From Takakia lepidozioides (taxonomy: Eukaryota > Plantae > Bryophyta): DNA of 64,000 bases. The stretch is from positions 52,824,001-52,888,000 of the forward strand of contig CM060732.1 of assembly GCA_030704615.1 (NCBI GenBank). The letters are read 5' to 3'. The position numbers were made by a program, and so were the translations under genes. The notes under the pieces are model-generated. The model saw nothing but the letters and a program-made list of their open reading frames with translations. It had not been told where the DNA came from and ran no database searches. Below, piece after piece: positions 59,079 through 64,000 of this stretch. How positions within the stretch are numbered: the stretch's first letter is position 1; every line of letters begins with the position of its first letter.

Positions 59079-61077
59079 CACCTCCAACCTCACCACAGGA
59101 GAAACAAAGATGGTCTAACTGGTCATCAACCCAGCCTCACCATCGACAGCATGCTCTAGGGTTGGATCGGCGATCAAGCCCGAGTCAACCACCTATAAAA
59201 TCAAGTGCCCACACAAAACTAGCATGGCGCACAGAGTATGCAGTGTGTGGAGGGGATCCAAACGCAAGAATGAAAACAACAACTCCCCCACACCAAAAAC
59301 AACTCCACAGTGTCGCTCCTGCAACCCAGCCCAAACCCGGACTGACTCTTGCCTCCACCTACGGAAAGGTCTCGGCCTATAGAGAAGGTGGAAAGCTACG
59401 AGGAAGGGAAGCTAAAGCAATGCCTATCCCCAGCACGCTCTCATCCCAACACCCTTTTCTCTCTTCTCTCACTTGCATGACCATGAGAGCATCCTGTAGA
59501 CACTCCTCAAACCGCCTTCCACGAGCTCATGAAACTTGGCCTCCAAGGCCCCATGCAAGCCTCCACAGGGTCCGCCAGTGCCTCCTCTTGTCCACCAGTC
59601 ATTCATTTGAATGGAACCACCTCAGGAAACCACGCCGTTCACTGAAAGTTCAAAAAAATGGAGCAAATAGAGGTACATATAGGCCCCAACAACATTCTGT
59701 CCAAAGGAATTACCTGCAGGCTGGTCTTCCCCATAGTTAAGAATTGGGCTGAAAACCCGAAAAGATTACCTGCAGGGAAGTAATCCCCTTTGTTAAAACG
59801 CAACAGGGAGGCAATTCCGATTTTTCTGCCGGATCAGCTAGCTCAAAACCGTTGTTCTTCAGAGCCCAGCCTCCCCATCAAGGTCCCACGAAACGAGTGA
59901 AAAAAGATTTTATTTTTTTATTTTTTATTTTTTTTCCACTCTGCCTTTTTGCGGCCTTCCGTGGCTCCAACCGCCACGACTCCTCACGGCCCGCCCTAGG
60001 CGCTCGTTGGCCACGGGCTGCCCAGTGATACCCCGTGGTACCACCCCCACGAGCCTTCACAGCCCGCCATCCCCACGATCTGGTCACCGTGCCCACCCGT
60101 TGTGTCCGCACCACGACTTCCAACGGTCACGGTCAACGGTCACGGTCAACAGTCATGACCTGGGCTCATGGTATCTCGTGATACCGCCCCAACGGCCCAT
60201 CACGACCACTATTCCCTGCGTTCCCTGGAACTCCCAACGAGTTCTCATACGTTTCCGGGCGTTCCCACGAGTTCCCATGCGTTCCCGGGCGTGCCCACGC
60301 GTTCCCGAGCTCTTCCTGAGTTGGGGTTTGCTCCTACACGTGCTGCCGACGAGCTATGGCTTGTGCGAAGCCATCAGCCCCATTGCCTTGCACTCCTGAG
60401 CTCTCACGGCCCACTAGAAGCACCCCTAGCTCAACAAGCAAGCCATATGCTGCCCAACAAGCTCCCTTTTTTCCATGAAGCTTACAAAAACAAATCTGAA
60501 AAATACACACATTTACAACCTTGGTGTACCTGCAGTTCTCATGCATATCCCCTGGCTCTAGGGCGCCTCATTGTTGCCCTTCCAACCCCACTCTTGCCAC
60601 TCCAAGAGCCCTTACACTGCTGAGTTTCAGATTGAAACTCCAACTCAGCAAATATTTCACAAGTGCATTGATTTGCACACAAGAGGGACCTGCCCCCTCT
60701 CTTCACTCATACCTCTTCATGAGTTTGGAGCTGAAGCTCCCAACGGGCTGCGATGCATCCCCTCGCAGCTCCACCATTCGGCTGCTCCTCACCTACCCGC
60801 GACAACTAGTTTCGGGCGGAAATACCTGGAGCTGATCATATCATCTCCAACTTGCAACATGCTAGCTTCCCATGCGCAGCCCACATTTTTGCAGCTCCTC
60901 AACTCGGCCTGCAGCTGAAGAAGACGACCACAGTTCGCCCACACGTGGCTAGCATCTCCTCCGCTCCACACTGAACCGCATACTCAGTTGCCATAGCATT
61001 GAGCTATGCAACACTGCTTCAACATAGGCTACCCGCCTCTCTATCCATTGCGAACCTGCAACCTGTTCGCATTTGCA

Positions 61078-61110
61078 CTGGTACATTTAATGAGGAGTGC
61101 ACCCCCCGGG
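61078..61110. repeat. 33-bp putative DNA-transposon terminus, copy 2
   Basis: Exact direct repeat of 57923-57955. Confidence 0.7.
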
Positions 61111-61129
61111 CAGTGCCTCCACGAGTCAG

Positions 61130-61590
61130 CACAGGCCGTCCATAGGTCAACACGGGCCACCACAGACCAGCACAGGCCCACACAGATCACTGGTCACAGC
61201 CGTCACAGCCGTCACAGCCCCACACAAGCCACAACCCCACATCCCATCACAGCCCCAAAGGCCACAGGGCACAGCCTGTTACAGCCCTACACAGGTCACA
61301 GGGTCACAGCCCCACAGGCCACAGCCTATCACAGCCTGTCACAACCTATCACAACCCCAAAGGCCACATGGCACAGCCCCTCACAGCCCCAAAGGCCACA
61401 TGTCACAGCCTGTCACAATCCGTCACAACCCCACAGGCCACAGGTCATAGCCTATCACAGCCCATCACAGCCTGTCACAATCCGTCACAGCCCCACAAGT
61501 CACAGCCTGTCACAGCCCCTTACAGCCCATCACAGCCCCACAGGGCACAGGGCACAACTTGTCACAGCCCGCCACAGCCCCATCCATGGC
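61130..61590. repeat. Degenerate (T)CACAGCC 9-10 bp tandem array
   Basis: Reverse-complement relative of the arrays at 49428-49700 and in the 44176/56448 LTRs. Confidence 0.85.
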
Positions 61591-61774
61591 CACTCATGGC
61601 AGTTTAGCCATTTCTCCAAGGGGTTTAGCCACGCCAAGCTAGGGTTTGTGTCTCTTGGACTCTAGGCTTCTTTGCACCGAGCTATGGCGGCTATGAGGAA
61701 ATCAGCAAGGTATTCTTGCTCTTTATGGCCCCCACACACCACCAATAGTAGCTCTAATTCCAAAGGAAGATGTT

Positions 61775-62826
61775 CGTAGTTTACTGCATTGGATGAGAAA
61801 TTGAAGATGTGATGCGAAAGAATGCCCTGAAGAAGCACGCGCGTTCGCGCGTGCTTCATTTGGTTGGTACTTGTATTCTAGCGACCAACAACAACACCAT
61901 TGATACCCAGATGATTAGATGACACATATGAGGTTATGTCTGAGTACATACTCAAAACTGTAAAGTGTTTCGGAAGACATTAGTTCACATTATACAATGT
62001 GAACTAACATCTTCCGTCGCACATTATCAGTCTTGCCATGCACACAGAGTATGATAATTCCTGTATGTGTGGCATGGTCACTCTTATGTATGATGGGCGG
62101 AGGTGTTCAGTGTGGACACAATAGTATACAATAGTATCCAAATATCAATCCAAAAGTCCAGGGCAGTTTGAAATATTACTTGTCGTCAACATCGATTAGG
62201 TTGTTCATCGATTATGCCGACCACTGTTTCAGATTAGACAGTGAAGATGTGATGTCAAAGAATGGTCTAAAAGAGTGCGCACGATTGCGCGTGCTTCATT
62301 CAATACAAGTCGTCACCTACAGGAACACTAACGAACAGTAGCTAATACCAAACTGTACGGGGTCGAAAAATTCATTCATTAGTATGACAATAAACTCAGT
62401 GTTTTCAATTTTAAGGATTATGCAATTTATTGAACCTTGCGCAATCGCGCGAATTTGACTCCGTAGTTTACTGCATTGGATGAAAAATTGAAGATGTGAT
62501 GCGAAAGAATGCCCTGAAGAAGCACGTGCGTTCGCGCGTGCTTCATTTGGTTGGTACTTGTAATCTAGCGACCAACAACAACACCATTGATACCCAGATG
62601 ATTAGATGACACATATGAGGATATGTCTGAATGCATACTCAAAACTGTAAAGTGTTTCGGAAGACATTAGTTCACATTATACAATGTCAACTAAAATCTT
62701 TCGTCGCACTTTATTTGTCTTGCCATGCACACAGAGTATGATAAATCCTGTATGTGTGGCATTGTCACTCTTATGTATGATGGGCGGAGGTGTTCAGTGT
62801 GAACCCAATAGTATACAATAGTATCC
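61775..62826. repeat. 365-bp direct repeat pair (61775-62139, 62462-62826) plus partial third copy (~62243-62300)
   Basis: Aligns without large gaps; contains the hairpin GAAGCACGCGCGTTCGCGCGTGCTTC. Confidence 0.9.
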
Positions 62827-62829
62827 TGA

Positions 62830-63520
62830 AAAAGAAATTTTGCGCGAATAAGGTTGCCGCAAACTACACAGTACTCCTCCACACGGAGAATGAGGACGGA
62901 ACCAAGGTTGGTGATGACACATTGGGAGGGTAGGAGACCCACACGCACAATGGCGAAGGAAATGACGACGCCGATGATGATGACGATGAAGATGACGAAC
63001 AAAGAGATCTGGAGACAGAGGAAAACTAGGAAGAAGGTGACGGAAACGAAACATTGGACAAAAATGAAGAACTTGAGGGAGGTGAGGAAGACAAAGGCGA
63101 CTACCAACCCGATGATGCCATCAACAATTTCTTGCAAGAGACAGAACAAATTGAGCAAGACAGAAATCCACCAGCTGAACAAGCAGGGAGGGTATTACCC
63201 AAAAAAAGTCACAGGCCCTGACAAATACTGGTGAAGGAAACAATCCCGAGACAACGATGTTGTCTTCCTCCACTGAAGAAGTGGGGGGAGACAATTTAAA
63301 GGATAACCCTGATTCTAAAGATGTCTTCAATAAGGAGATTCCAGCAGGGGTGGGATTCAAGCCAATGGAGAGGGATATGCCATTACAGATGTCACCATAT
63401 CAAGGTTTAAGCCAACGAGTTAGAGACATCGTTGAGGGTCAGGCATCTAGGGCATTGGTCGGCGATCAAAATTCTGTTGACGTGAGTATTGCAGATTATG
63501 AGCTGTCCTGACACTTGTAA
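62830..63520 (+). pseudogene. Acidic low-complexity coding remnant, probably TE cargo
   Basis: GNDDADDDDDEDDEQRDLETEEN*EEGDG... with in-frame stops. Confidence 0.35.
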
Positions 63521-64000
63521 AACCCAATTTACAAACTTGATATAACATTAGAATCTTTTACCAATGGAACTAATAACCTATTGCTCTGTGATAGTCTCGT
63601 AAAACAATCAAAATTTATACGGAAGTCTAATCACCAGCATTTTCTGTAGATCCATGAGTCCAATACGGAGGAAGTGACACATACTAGAACAAACGACACA
63701 TAACAACGTACAATGAAGAAACAATACGACTTGAGAGTGAGGATATCGTCGCCCAAGGTGGCAACTTCAGAAACCGCATGCGATCGCGCGAGGTTACTTA
63801 TGGGAGGGGTCGACAAAATTATACCGGACGGCGAAAGACCCATCGCCGGGGGAAGTGGTGGCGAAACCTCATCCGGCTTGGAGCAAGTGCCGCCAAAGCT
63901 GGTACTTCATTCTCTGCCTTTTGCTTTCTTTTCTGCATTCCATTGCGAAAAACTTCCAATGAATTAATAATTATTTCTTAATGGGCAGGATGATATGATC

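Overview
Repeat-dense nuclear DNA from a land plant. A seed-free lineage with C-to-U organellar editing (moss, leafy liverwort, lycophyte or fern) is my inference from the PLS/DYW PPR remnant and the TE types. I recognised no intact host gene. Bases 2.8-8.7 kb hold a decayed PPR-E-DYW gene with an OSB-type 'PDF' motif at its N-terminus. A tRNA-derived SINE follows, then about 50 kb of nested transposons. Two of these carry DNA methyltransferase domains. (1) A Ty3/Gypsy family (3-4 partial copies) whose polyprotein reads gag-PR-[DNMT3-like C5 cytosine methyltransferase]-RT-RH-INT-[PHD finger]. (2) A ~11 kb Mutator-like DNA transposon inserted into the DNMT domain of one of those copies (duplicated target CCTGTGGGA) and now split by inversions. 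It encodes a MULE/SWIM transposase and, divergently, a spliced gene joining a ParB/Srx-like domain (DGNHR) to a beta-class N6-adenine/N4-cytosine methyltransferase fold. About 18 copies of a palindrome (TCAACCTTGCGTYRACGCAAGGTTGA) sit in its putative non-coding DNA. Also present: a full-length chromovirus with LTRs, PBS-Met and a 5-bp TSD; a 13.2 kb non-chromovirus Gypsy with a near-intact pol and extra 5' and 3' ORFs; a Sola/DUF7869-like transposase fragment; and several repeat arrays. All domain calls come from motifs recognised by eye, and some frameshifts may be assembly indels.
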